From: Candidatus Iainarchaeum sp.
Lineage (GTDB): Archaea; Iainarchaeota; Iainarchaeia; Iainarchaeales; 0-14-0-20-30-16
Direction: 5' to 3'
Length of the DNA stretch: 32,000 nucleotides
Assembly (NCBI GenBank): GCA_028710695.1
Contig: JAQTTP010000001.1
Coordinates: forward strand, 150,001-182,000
The notes under the pieces are model-generated. The model was not told where the DNA came from. It was given only the letters and a program-made list of their open reading frames with translations, and did not search any database. Shown piece after piece: positions 7,286 to 15,787 of this stretch (the first letter of the stretch is position 1; the number at the start of each line of letters is the position of its first letter). A program made the position numbers and the translations under genes.

Positions 7286-7984
7286 ATGGTGAAGAAGAGA
7301 GTTGACGGACGAGAAATGAATGAGTTAAGACCAATAAAAATTGTTCCCTCAGTAATTGAGAGAGCAGATGGCTCCGCATATTTAGAGTGGGGTCAAAATA
7401 AAATGATTGTGGCAGTATATGGCCCAAAAGAAATGCTTCCAAAGCATTTAGCAGATTCACAAAGAGGAAAAATAAATTTTATCTACAGAATGGCGCCATT
7501 TTCAGTGCCAGAAAGAAAGAATCCTAAGCCAGGAAGGCGAGATATAGAAATTTCAAAAGTTGTTGGAGAGGCTTTGTCTCACGCAGTTTTATTAGAAGAA
7601 TTCCCTGGAATGGTAATAGATGTTTATGTTCAAATATTGGACAGTAACGCAGGAACAAGAGTTGCTGCTTTAACAGCTTCTTCAGTTGCTTTAGCTGATG
7701 CAGGAATTCCAATGAAAGATTTAGTTACTGCGGTTGCAGTTGGAAAAGCAAACGGAAACATAATTGCAGACTTAAATAAATACGAAGAAGATGCAGAAGA
7801 TGCGGTAGATATGGCATTTGCAATGCTTCCTGGGAGTGAAGAGATTGTATTGCTTCAGGCAGATGGGATCCTAAGCGAGGACGAATTTGACAAGGCAATA
7901 AAAATAGCAAAGGAAAAATGCCAAGAAGTAAAAAAACTGCAAATTGAGGCTTTAAAGTCAAAATTTAAGGCTTTAAAGGAGTGA
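7286..7984 (+). CDS. rrp41: Exosome complex exonuclease Rrp41 (RNase PH domain)
   Basis: RVDGREMNELRPIKI...RADGSAYLEWGQNKMIVAVYGPKE is the RNase PH signature. AAAGGTG lies before ATG 7286. Confidence 0.9.
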   Translation: MVKKRVDGREMNELRPIKIVPSVIERADGSAYLEWGQNKMIVAVYGPKEMLPKHLADSQRGKINFIYRMAPFSVPERKNPKPGRRDIEISKVVGEALSHAVLLEEFPGMVIDVYVQILDSNAGTRVAALTASSVALADAGIPMKDLVTAVAVGKANGNIIADLNKYEEDAEDAVDMAFAMLPGSEEIVLLQADGILSEDEFDKAIKIAKEKCQEVKKLQIEALKSKFKALKE

Positions 7985-7989
7985 TATAG

Positions 7990-8775
7990 ATGATAGACTA
8001 TTCTTATGATATTGAAATGGTAAAAGGAAGAATCGAAAAAGGAATAAGAACAAACAATAGAAAAGATGATGAATACAGAGAAATAAAGATTGAGACTGGA
8101 ATATTGAAAAATGCAGCAGGATCGGCAAAAGTAACTTTAGGAAAGACAATGATCTATGCTGGAACTAAGTTGGAAATAGGCACACCTTATCCTGATACCC
8201 CTGAAGAAGGTGGAATCACAGTTGGTGTAGAATTGAGCCCAATTGGTGCTCCAGAGTTTTATGCTGGTCCTCCAAGCGAAACATCAATTGAATTATCAAG
8301 AGTTGTTGATAGGGGTATAAGAGAAGCAAAAACAATAGATTTCAAGAAGCTTTTGCTTGTTCCCAAGGAGAAAGCTTGGTTTGTATATGTAGATATTTAT
8401 GTTATGAACCACGATGGGAATTTGTTCGACGCATGCCAAATAGCAGCAATGGCGGCTTTGAAAACAACAAAAATACCAAAAATAGATGAAGATTTTAACC
8501 AAATTAAAGGGGAATATGCAGGAAATTTGAAGCTAGAAAAGCTGCCTGTGCTTAACACATATTCAAAGATAAGTAATAAAATAATTTTGGACCCTGATTT
8601 AAATGAAGATTATGCAACAGAGGCAAGATTATCTATTGCTATAGATGATAATTTGAACATTTGTGCATTACAAAAAGGTGAAAAAGGGTTCTTCACACAA
8701 GAAGAATTGAAAGAGATAATAAAAACATCAAAGAAGAAGTATAAAGAAATGAGGAAAATTTTTGAAAAGTTATAA
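7990..8775 (+). CDS. rrp42: Exosome complex component Rrp42 (RNase PH-like)
   Basis: RIEKGIRTNNRKDDEYREIKIETG...AGSAKVTLGKTMIYAG is the Rrp42 pattern. It sits in the conserved position after rrp41. Confidence 0.9.
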   Translation: MIDYSYDIEMVKGRIEKGIRTNNRKDDEYREIKIETGILKNAAGSAKVTLGKTMIYAGTKLEIGTPYPDTPEEGGITVGVELSPIGAPEFYAGPPSETSIELSRVVDRGIREAKTIDFKKLLLVPKEKAWFVYVDIYVMNHDGNLFDACQIAAMAALKTTKIPKIDEDFNQIKGEYAGNLKLEKLPVLNTYSKISNKIILDPDLNEDYATEARLSIAIDDNLNICALQKGEKGFFTQEELKEIIKTSKKKYKEMRKIFEKL

Positions 8776-8786
8776 AAGGTGAAAAC

Positions 8787-9173
8787 ATGACAATATCATC
8801 CGGATTTGGATCAAAATATGGAAGAAAAATAAGAAGAAAATACGATAATGTTACACAAGGCTATAAATTCAAGAAACTAGTTTGTCCTTTTTGTGGAATG
8901 AAGAAAGTGACAAGAGAAGCTTCAGGGATATATGAATGCCTTTACTGTAAAAAGAAATTTGCTGGTGGAGCATACGAAGTTGAAACAAGAATAGGAAAAA
9001 CAATAAGAAGCTCAATGGCAAAGAAAAATGTGAAAGAATTAGAAGTATTTTTGGAAGAAGAAACAAAGATAGAAGATAAAGGCGAAAAAGAAGAAAAGGC
9101 TGAAAAAGAGGAAAAAGTAGACAAAAAAGAAAAAAAGCAAAAAAAAGAAAAAGCTAAAGAGAGTGAGGAATAA
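8787..9173 (+). CDS. rpl37ae: Ribosomal protein L37Ae (eL43) with a K/E-rich C-terminal extension
   Basis: GSKYGRKIRRKYDNV...CPFCGMKKVTREASGIYECLYCKKKFAGGAY is the L37Ae zinc ribbon. About 55 extra residues follow, rich in K/E (EDKGEKEEKAEKEEKVDKKEKKQKKEKAKESEE). Confidence 0.9.
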   Translation: MTISSGFGSKYGRKIRRKYDNVTQGYKFKKLVCPFCGMKKVTREASGIYECLYCKKKFAGGAYEVETRIGKTIRSSMAKKNVKELEVFLEEETKIEDKGEKEEKAEKEEKVDKKEKKQKKEKAKESEE

Positions 9174-9310
9174 TGGTTGTCTATAAATGCATAAGATGCG
9201 GGGCAGAATTCGAGTCTTTAATAGATGGTGAAGTAAGATGCCCACAATGCGCCTTTAGAGTTATAGAGAAAAAGAGACAAAGATTTGCAAAGTCTGTAAA
9301 AGCAATATAA
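9173..9310 (+). CDS. rpoP: DNA-directed RNA polymerase subunit P (Rpo12)
   Basis: Hand translation, 45 aa: MVVYKCIRCGAEFESLIDGEVRCPQCAFRVIEKKRQRFAKSVKAI. It has a CxxC...CxxC zinc ribbon and the typical VKAI C-terminus. Its ATG overlaps the L37Ae stop (TAATG). It is too short for the ORF track. Confidence 0.85.
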   Translation: MVVYKCIRCGAEFESLIDGEVRCPQCAFRVIEKKRQRFAKSVKAI

Positions 9311-9332
9311 CTCTCTTTTTTTATTGATTTTT

Positions 9333-9803
9333 ATGACTAATCTGATTACAACTTCAAGAAAGCCAGGAAGAAACCTGAGAAAGTTTGTTAGGCAGGTTTG
9401 TCCAATCTTTAATACTAAATATTTTGTTAGAGGGAAAACATCAGTAAAAGAACTTGCAGAATATTTGGAGTATGAAGGATATGACAAGTTGATTGTTGTA
9501 TCTGAATTTAAAGGAAATCCGGGATCTTTGATAATTTACACAAGCAAAAATGGATTTTTTAAACAAGAAAGAAAATACAAAATTACTTATTACAAGCTTT
9601 CTGAGAAGAAGATGCAGTTCCCTAAATATGAAATAGAATTGGAAGACAAAGAAAACAAAGACTTTTTCAAATATCTGGGGACAGAAAATGAAAAAGTAGA
9701 CGCAAAGATAATTGATGATAAGGGAATAATAAAAATAAAAAAAGGAAAAGATACATATCTGAGTTTTAAGGTAGAAAAAGTGGTGGAAAAATGCCTGAAA
9801 TGA
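9333..9803 (+). CDS. Brix/Imp4-domain ribosome biogenesis protein
   Basis: MTNLITTSRKPGRNLRKFVRQ is a typical archaeal Brix N-terminus, and the gene is in the conserved position after rpoP. ATG 9333 is preferred over TTG 9324. Confidence 0.75.
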   Translation: MTNLITTSRKPGRNLRKFVRQVCPIFNTKYFVRGKTSVKELAEYLEYEGYDKLIVVSEFKGNPGSLIIYTSKNGFFKQERKYKITYYKLSEKKMQFPKYEIELEDKENKDFFKYLGTENEKVDAKIIDDKGIIKIKKGKDTYLSFKVEKVVEKCLK

Positions 9804-10015
9804 AGATTTTTATAACTGAGAATTTTAAAGATATATATAAAATAATAACTCAGGAGAAAGAGATTAATAGTAGAACAAAAACTGAGTTCAACCTGAAGAA
9901 AGACGGGTTGGAGATAGTAACAAAAGCAAAAGATTATGTTGCTTTAAGAGCAAATATGAACTCTCTTTTGCAGAAGCTTGCATTAATAAATAATACTTAT
10001 TCGGAGAAGAGGTGA
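9791..10015 (+). CDS. pcc1: KEOPS complex subunit Pcc1
   Basis: TEFNLKKDGLEIVTKAKDYVALRANMNSLLQKLALI aligns by eye with Pyrococcus Pcc1 (EIDFKLEGKKIILDIKATDSSALRGTVNSYLRWIKAAI). The gene is in the conserved superoperon position. Confidence 0.75.
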   Translation: MPEMKIFITENFKDIYKIITQEKEINSRTKTEFNLKKDGLEIVTKAKDYVALRANMNSLLQKLALINNTYSEKR

Positions 10016-10022
10016 ATAATTT

Positions 10023-10376
10023 ATGGATCAAAAAGAAATAATGGAATTTAATAACTATAGTAACCAGATGAATATGCTTAATGCTCAAACTATGAACATA
10101 AAAGGAATGATGGATAAAATAAAAGAAAACATAGATGAGTTAAATAAAAGCAAGGAAACACATGGTTACAAGAATTTGGGATTAGTTTTGATAAAGAAAC
10201 CAAAGGCAGATTTGGTAAAAGAGTTAGAAGAAACTAAAAAGTCTTTAGACTTGAGATTAAAGACTATTGATAAGCAAGAGAAGATTGTTTCAGCAAAGTT
10301 AGAAGAACTTAAAGCTAAGTTCGAGTTAGAACAAAAGAAACAAGAAAAAGATGCTGAAAAGAAGGATAAGAAATAA
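10023..10376 (+). CDS. pfdB: Prefoldin subunit beta
   Basis: 117-aa coiled coil-hairpin-coiled coil layout with central YKNLGLVLIKKPKADLVKELEE. Conserved position after pcc1. Confidence 0.85.
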   Translation: MDQKEIMEFNNYSNQMNMLNAQTMNIKGMMDKIKENIDELNKSKETHGYKNLGLVLIKKPKADLVKELEETKKSLDLRLKTIDKQEKIVSAKLEELKAKFELEQKKQEKDAEKKDKK

Positions 10377-10431
10377 TTAAGATAAGAGTTTAGAAGTAAG
10401 GTATATTAATCCCTTACTCTATTTTTATATT

Positions 10432-11223
10432 ATGCCTAGAAAACAGCCACAAAAAATTGCAACAAAAAAACAATATGTTGCCCCTAAATGTATAGAACTC
10501 AGGGGGAAAGATGTAAGTATTTGGCAGACTAAAGAACGTAGAGATATGGTTCAGTGGAAATTAGAAACTGATCCACCAGATATTGCTAGAAGGCGGTTGG
10601 CACTTCTTGCTAAAGGTACAAAAAAATGCCTTGGGCAAAAAAATGTGACTATTTTTGTGAAAAATGTAACTCAAAAAGAATTAGATATAATTGATAAGTT
10701 AAGGAAAGCTGGAATATTTACAGAAATGCCTTTTGATTTTAAATTAAAAACTGCCGGCGGTCGTGAACGTGGGCCAATGGGCTTTTTAAATGCTGGTGAA
10801 TCTTTTGCCAAGGCTACGATAAGGGCAAATAATGCAAAATTAAGAGCCATGTTTATGCCAGTAGCTGACATTATTGGGCAGATGCATGCTTTAGGTGTAG
10901 AGCACGGGCATGTGACTACAAGCAACGTTCACATCCATAATGGGCGCTTGTGTTTAGTTGATTTTTCAATAGCTGAACAACACTTAGTTGACTGGAATTC
11001 TGTGGGTAGTATCTATAATGCATTTGTAAGAGATTATACTACTAGAATAACAAGAAGCAAAAGCCAATATGCAAATATGACTTTTTGTAAAGAATTTTTC
11101 AGAAGAATGATTTCTCATTATCCTACATCAGAACAAATAAAAAGTGAATTAATTAATAAACTGAATAATGATTTGGAAAATTATAGATCCAGGGATTTAT
11201 TGCCTTATCATGGGCCATGTTAA
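10432..11223 (+). CDS. Bud32/RIO-like atypical protein kinase homologue lacking the catalytic-loop Asp
   Basis: IGQMHALGVEHGHVTTSNVHIHNGRLCLVDFSIAE aligns with Bud32 (HxDLTTSN...DGRLYLIDFGLxE). A P-loop-like RGKDVSIW and a KER lysine lie in the N-lobe. The region is visibly richer in G+C than its neighbours. Confidence 0.6.
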   Translation: MPRKQPQKIATKKQYVAPKCIELRGKDVSIWQTKERRDMVQWKLETDPPDIARRRLALLAKGTKKCLGQKNVTIFVKNVTQKELDIIDKLRKAGIFTEMPFDFKLKTAGGRERGPMGFLNAGESFAKATIRANNAKLRAMFMPVADIIGQMHALGVEHGHVTTSNVHIHNGRLCLVDFSIAEQHLVDWNSVGSIYNAFVRDYTTRITRSKSQYANMTFCKEFFRRMISHYPTSEQIKSELINKLNNDLENYRSRDLLPYHGPC

Positions 11224-11234
11224 TTTGTAAGTTT

Positions 11235-11975
11235 TTATATTTTTATTTCTGTTTTTTTACAGTTATCTAGGACAATTAGTTTTGTATTTTTTAACTTCTC
11301 TGAAGCTCTTTCTTTGAGTTTATCCATATTTGTTTTTATTAGAGAAAATGTGTTGTAGTGCATAGGTATTGTTACTTTGGGTTCTGTTTTCCTCGCAAAA
11401 GCAACGAATTCAAAAATATCCATTGTGAAAACTCCTCCGCAAGGAAGGATTGCAATATCTACTTTTACATCTATGTTTTGGTCGTAGGTATCACCTGCAA
11501 AATATATGTCTTTTTCTTGGTATTTTAATAAAAATCCAACACTATACTGGGATTGTGGGTGTTGTGCAGGAACTACGATAACATCCATATTTGCGACCTT
11601 TATTTTATCATCTATTTTTATTGTTCTTTTTTGTGAGTTTTCAAGATCTAATTGGTTTGTTACTAATGATGGTGCAATAACTGGGCAATTATCCCTTTTT
11701 GCTAAAAATTCAACTGCACCTTTGTCAAAGTGGTCAAAGTGCTCGTGGCTAATAAAAATTGCATCTAGTTTTGGAATTGCTTCTTTTGTTATTTCTAATT
11801 TTTCTGCTGCCTCAAAATTATCTGGGGCATTGCTTCCAAAGAAAGGATCAAAAAGAATTGTTTTGTCAAAGAAGTTAATTAGAATAAAGCTGTGCCAGTA
11901 TTTTGTAATATAAATCTTGTCTTGTGTGCACTCCTCTACTTTTTTAGGCATTAACTTTTTTAGAAGTTGAACCAT
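11235..11975 (-). CDS. Metallo-beta-lactamase-fold hydrolase
   Basis: ISHEHFDHFD is the HxHxDH motif, with later His/Asp ligand candidates (PAQHP, FAGDT, PMHYNTF). The start is uncertain (ATG at 11975 or 11951; the ORF-track start at 12008 is TTG). TTTTTAAAG about 25-33 nt upstream of 11975 suggests a leaderless start. Confidence 0.75.
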   Translation of the reverse strand: MVQLLKKLMPKKVEECTQDKIYITKYWHSFILINFFDKTILFDPFFGSNAPDNFEAAEKLEITKEAIPKLDAIFISHEHFDHFDKGAVEFLAKRDNCPVIAPSLVTNQLDLENSQKRTIKIDDKIKVANMDVIVVPAQHPQSQYSVGFLLKYQEKDIYFAGDTYDQNIDVKVDIAILPCGGVFTMDIFEFVAFARKTEPKVTIPMHYNTFSLIKTNMDKLKERASEKLKNTKLIVLDNCKKTEIKI

Positions 11976-12235
11976 AAAATATATTGGATGGAATAGCTTT
12001 AAAAACAACTTAGTTAATAATTATCATACTATAATGCCTTTTTTCACCGTTTTTACCTTAAATTACTTCGAAAATAGCCTCCCAAAGCCCCCTTTGCCAA
12101 AAGGTAACTTTTTTAAAGCAATGTCCTTCTATAATAATATATCTAATCACAAAGCAAGTTTTTCCGAACCGAAACTTCTTTAAGATTAAGACATTTCATA
12201 AGATAATTGGATTTTTTGATAAAAGGTGAATAAAA

Positions 12236-12655
12236 ATGGTTAGTGTTTATGACGTACATCACAGTAAGCTTATAGCTGCTGTGGCTAAAGAACTTAAGGA
12301 AAAGGTAGAAGCACCAAAGTTTACTGTTTTTGCAAAAACAGGAAAGATGAAAGAAAGGTCACCACAAGATATAGACTGGTACTACTCTAGATTGGCTGCT
12401 GTTTTTAGAAAGTTTTATGTAAAAGGAACAATAACAACAAATGTATTGACTATTCTTTATGGTGGAAAGAAGAACTACGGAGTAGAGCCAGAGCACTTTT
12501 GTAAAGGATCTGGGGCTATAGCAAGACATTGTGTTCAGGATCTTGAGAAATTAGGCTATTTAAAGAAAACAGATAAAGGAAGAACAATAACTCAAGCAGG
12601 TAGAACTTATTTGGATAAGGTGGCTTATACTATAATTAAGTCTGAGAAGAAGTGA
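12236..12655 (+). CDS. rps19e: Ribosomal protein S19e
   Basis: VYDVHHSKLIAAVAKELKE...DWYYSRLAAVFRKFY...GSGAIARHCVQDLEKLGY is the eS19 pattern. AAAGGTG precedes the ATG. Confidence 0.9.
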   Translation: MVSVYDVHHSKLIAAVAKELKEKVEAPKFTVFAKTGKMKERSPQDIDWYYSRLAAVFRKFYVKGTITTNVLTILYGGKKNYGVEPEHFCKGSGAIARHCVQDLEKLGYLKKTDKGRTITQAGRTYLDKVAYTIIKSEKK

Positions 12656-12660
12656 TAAAG

Positions 12661-12846
12661 ATGAAAGATTCAGGTATTAAGGAATATTTAATTTCACAAA
12701 GAAAGAAAATGAAAGCAGGAGTATCTGGTGCCCCAGTATGGGTTATGATGAAATCCGGAAAAAGAATCTGGAATAAAAAAGGAAAAAGACACTGGAGAAG
12801 AACTGAGTTTGGACACGAGTATGACCGAGTTATTGGGAAATACTAG
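12661..12846 (+). CDS. rpl39e: Ribosomal protein L39e
   Basis: APVWVMMKSGKRIWNKKGKRHWRRTEF matches the L39e core (PxWV..KT.R......RRHWRRTKL). A short extra C-terminal tail follows. ATG 12661 is preferred over GTG 12652. Confidence 0.85.
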   Translation: MKDSGIKEYLISQRKKMKAGVSGAPVWVMMKSGKRIWNKKGKRHWRRTEFGHEYDRVIGKY

Positions 12847-12864
12847 AACCAAAGGATTTAGGGT

Positions 12865-13287
12865 GTGATTATTGTGGTAGATACAAAGAATATTAAAGTT
12901 GGAATAAATGTAGTTGGAAAGCATAGAAAAAGAAGAGCAACATTTGCAATTAGATTTTTAAGAAAAGAAATCGAAAAGCACTTGAGAACTAAAGATTATG
13001 CTTTAGACAACAGCGTAAACAGTTTTGTTTGGAAAAGAGGAAAAGCAGAAAGCCCAACACAAGTTGATATGACTGTTTTAATGGAAAAAGTGCCAAGACT
13101 ATTTTTGGCAAACTCTCCAGAGCTGAAAGCTTACTTAGAAAAAGGTAAAGAAAAGAAGGAAGCTAAAGAGAAGAAAGCAGAGCCAAAGAAAGAAGATAAA
13201 AAAGAAGAAGTAAAGAAAGAGCCTGCAAAAGAAGATGCTAAACCAAAAGTAAAAGCCCCTAAAAAAGAAGCAAAGAAGAAAGAATAA
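12865..13287 (+). CDS. rpl31e: Ribosomal protein L31e with a K/E-rich C-terminal extension
   Basis: RRATFAIRFLRKEIEKHLRTKDYALDNSVNSFVWKRGKAESPTQVDMTV is the L31e core, followed by a ~50-aa tail EKGKEKKEAKEKKAEPKKEDKKEEVKKEPAKEDAKPKVKAPKKEAKKKE. GTG start as in the ORF track. Confidence 0.85.
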   Translation: MIIVVDTKNIKVGINVVGKHRKRRATFAIRFLRKEIEKHLRTKDYALDNSVNSFVWKRGKAESPTQVDMTVLMEKVPRLFLANSPELKAYLEKGKEKKEAKEKKAEPKKEDKKEEVKKEPAKEDAKPKVKAPKKEAKKKE

Positions 13288-13315
13288 GGGCGTTAAATTA
13301 AGGCAAGTAGGTGTT

Positions 13316-13335
13316 GTGACAAATTTTTTTGTCGC
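13316..13335 (+). terminator. Hairpin followed by a T-run after rpl31e
   Basis: GTGACAAA-TTTT-TTTGTCGC, an 8-bp stem with one G-U, followed by AGCCTCTTTTTT. Confidence 0.3.
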
Positions 13336-13356
13336 AGCCTCTTTTTTGTGATATTT

Positions 13357-14016
13357 ATGATTATAAAGAAGACTAATTTTAAGTCATATACAACAATAGG
13401 AATTTTTTGTTCAATTTCAGAGAACATTGCACTATTGCCATTGGATGCATCTGCTAAGTTTGAAGGAATAATAAAAGATGTCTTTGGGGTTGAGGTAATA
13501 AAAACAAGCCTTGGGGAAACAAACTTGCTTGGAAGCCTTTCAAAAATATATGGTAAGAAAGCGATTGTATCTAATATTACAACAGATAAAGAGATTAAGT
13601 ATTTAGAAGACCTTGGATTGAAAACTTTGAGATTGAATGCTTACCACGCAGTTGGGAATTTGATTTCAGTAAATAAAAATGCAGCTTTATTGAGCAAAAT
13701 AATAAGTGATGCAGATAATAAAAAAATATCAAAGTTCTATTCTTTGGATTTTGATTCTTTTAATGTTGCAGGAACAGATTTAGTTGGGAGTGTTTTAGCT
13801 ACAACTGACGAGGCTTTTGCAGTAAGTTCTAGTGTTAGTGAAAAAGATTTTGAAAAAATAAAAAACTTGTTTAAAGTTGATGGAAATGTTGCAACTGTAA
13901 ATTATGGTGACGGGTTTGTTTCAAATGGGTTGCTAGTTAATACTAAAGGTTTAATAGTTGGTGAAAAGACAACTGGATATGAAATAATGAGATTGGATGA
14001 AATCTTTAGAAAATGA
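13357..14016 (+). CDS. eif6: Translation initiation factor 6 (aIF6)
   Basis: Repeated pentein-like units (IGIFCSISENIALLP, LLGSLSKIYGKKAIV, AVGNLISVNKNAALL, LVGSVLATTDEAFAV, FVSNGLLVNTKGLIV). It follows rpl31e as is typical in archaea. ATG 13357 is preferred. Confidence 0.85.
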   Translation: MIIKKTNFKSYTTIGIFCSISENIALLPLDASAKFEGIIKDVFGVEVIKTSLGETNLLGSLSKIYGKKAIVSNITTDKEIKYLEDLGLKTLRLNAYHAVGNLISVNKNAALLSKIISDADNKKISKFYSLDFDSFNVAGTDLVGSVLATTDEAFAVSSSVSEKDFEKIKNLFKVDGNVATVNYGDGFVSNGLLVNTKGLIVGEKTTGYEIMRLDEIFRK

Positions 14017-14032
14017 TATTTGAGGTGGGATT

Positions 14033-14503
14033 ATGGCTGATACTAAGGAAACTAAAAAACCAGAAAAACAAGTAAGACAAATACAAATGACTCCAGAAAT
14101 GGCAAAGAATATAGTCAAGATAAGTAGACAGAATTTGAATAAAGTATTACAAAGAAAAGCACAAGTTGAACAAGGAATTCTTGGTTTGGATGCAACTTTG
14201 GCTAATGTTGATGCTCTACAAAATAACACTGATGAGCAAGGAATGATAAATTTGGGAAATGGGGTGTTTGTTTCATTAAAATTCCCTGAAAACACAAAGA
14301 AAGCATTATTCCAAATTGGAAACGATATTTTAATAGATAAAGAGTTTTCAGAAATAAAGAAAGTATTGGATTCAAAGAGATTGAATTTACAAAAAGAATA
14401 TGAATTTTTAATAAAACAAGAAGGAGAATTAACAGAAAATTTGAATAAGCTTTATTTCTACCTTTCAAATGTTGAAAAAGCAGTAAAAGAAGCAAAGAAG
14501 TAA
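14033..14503 (+). CDS. pfdA: Prefoldin subunit alpha
   Basis: Two long helical segments flank a central beta region (MINLGNGVFVSLKFPENTKKALFQIGNDILIDK). Conserved position before ftsY. GAGGTGGG precedes the ATG. Confidence 0.8.
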   Translation: MADTKETKKPEKQVRQIQMTPEMAKNIVKISRQNLNKVLQRKAQVEQGILGLDATLANVDALQNNTDEQGMINLGNGVFVSLKFPENTKKALFQIGNDILIDKEFSEIKKVLDSKRLNLQKEYEFLIKQEGELTENLNKLYFYLSNVEKAVKEAKK

Positions 14504-14529
14504 AATAGAAAGATCTGCGGGGCGGAGAA

Positions 14530-15783
14530 ATGTTCAAGTTGCTTAAGTCTGCATTTTCAAAAGTTGCAGACGTATTAAAATCAAAAAAAGAAGTTATAGA
14601 AACTCCTGCAGAAAAACCAGAAGAAACAAAGGTTGTTCCAAAAGAAGAACCTAAGCAAGAAATAAAGGCGGAACAAAAGAAAGAAGAAATAGTTAAAGCA
14701 GTAAAAGAAATAAAAAAAGAAAAGGAAAAACCAAAACAAAAAGAAATAAAGCCAAAGGAAGAACCTAAAGAGCAAAAGGTAGAAGAACCAAAAACAGAAA
14801 ACAAAGACAAACCACAACTAAACAAAGAAGAGCCAACTCAAACCAAAGCAAAGGAAAAACAGGATAAAGTTGTTGACAACCTACATGGCAGCAAAGAAAA
14901 AGAACTAGTTTCTGCCCCTTCTTTTAAAACAAAATTAAAATCTCTTTTTTCTGAAAAAATATCTTTATCTGAAAATGATTTAAAAGATATAAAAGAAAAG
15001 TTTGAAATTGTTCTATTGCAAAGTGATTTTTCTGTTGAAATACTTGATTCTATTTTAAATAATTTTATTGGAAAATTGAAGTTAGGAATTGAAAAGAAAA
15101 AGAATCTAGATTCTGAAATAAAAGAAAAATTCTTAGAAACTCTATTTGAGTTAGTTACTTTAGATAAAGGTACATTATTTTCATTATCTGCAAAACCAGC
15201 AAAGATACTATTCGTTGGCCCAAATGGTTGCGGAAAAACAACAACTATTGCAAAGCTTGCAAAGATGATTTTAGATAACAAAAAGAGCGTTGTAATGGCA
15301 GCAGGCGATACTTTTAGGGCGGCATCTATAGAGCAGTTGAAAGAACATGCAAATAATTTAAAAGTACCAATTATTGCAGGGAATTATGGTAGTGACCCAA
15401 CTTCTATTGCTTTTGATGCTGTAACTTTTGCAAAAAATAAAAATATTGATTATGTTTTAATTGATACTGCGGGAAGACAAGAAACAAATTCTTCTTTAAT
15501 GAATGAACTAAAGAAAATGAAAAGAGTAATAAATCCAGATTTAGTGATTTATGTTGCAGAATCTATTGCTGGGCAGGCAGTTGTAAACCAAGTTAAGGAA
15601 TTTGAAAAAGAAATTGGAGTTAATGCCTTTATTATTACAAAAGCAGACGTAGATTCAAAAGGCGGGACAGCTTTTTCTCTTAATATTTTCTTTAAGAAGC
15701 CAATATTATTCTTAGGAACTGGGCAAGGATATAAAGATTTAGTTCTATTTGAAAAAGATGCTTTACAAGGTTTATTTGAGTGA
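14530..15783 (+). CDS. ftsY: Signal recognition particle receptor FtsY
   Basis: GPNGCGKTTTIAKLA (G1), DTAGR (G3) and ITKADVDSKGG (G4/G5-like). The N-terminal ~130 aa is a K/E/P-rich A-domain. Confidence 0.95.
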   Translation: MFKLLKSAFSKVADVLKSKKEVIETPAEKPEETKVVPKEEPKQEIKAEQKKEEIVKAVKEIKKEKEKPKQKEIKPKEEPKEQKVEEPKTENKDKPQLNKEEPTQTKAKEKQDKVVDNLHGSKEKELVSAPSFKTKLKSLFSEKISLSENDLKDIKEKFEIVLLQSDFSVEILDSILNNFIGKLKLGIEKKKNLDSEIKEKFLETLFELVTLDKGTLFSLSAKPAKILFVGPNGCGKTTTIAKLAKMILDNKKSVVMAAGDTFRAASIEQLKEHANNLKVPIIAGNYGSDPTSIAFDAVTFAKNKNIDYVLIDTAGRQETNSSLMNELKKMKRVINPDLVIYVAESIAGQAVVNQVKEFEKEIGVNAFIITKADVDSKGGTAFSLNIFFKKPILFLGTGQGYKDLVLFEKDALQGLFE

Positions 15784-15787
15784 TTTT

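Noticed and set aside
9050-9170. Apparent tandem GAAAAAG/AAAGAA repeats (also at 13140-13285 and 14580-14860), considered as satellite or CRISPR-like repeats
   Set aside because: They are imperfect, in frame and encode K/E-rich protein tails. There is no fixed repeat-spacer periodicity.
12034-12183. 49-codon ORF (MPFFTVFTLNYFENSLPKPPLPKGNFF...) in the 227-nt gap upstream of rps19e, and the gap itself as a possible ncRNA locus
   Set aside because: There is no Shine-Dalgarno sequence and no recognisable domain. There are no C/D-box or other RNA motifs and only a weak 5-bp hairpin (CCTTT-GCCA-AAAGG). It is most simply a divergent promoter region.
14202-14825. 207-aa ORF antisense to pfdA/ftsY, plus 14581-14817, 14838-15281, 8869-9245 and 9218-9487
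   Set aside because: These are mirror images of K/E-rich coding low complexity (F/S/L runs). They span two sense genes and an intergenic gap, which is implausible for a real gene.
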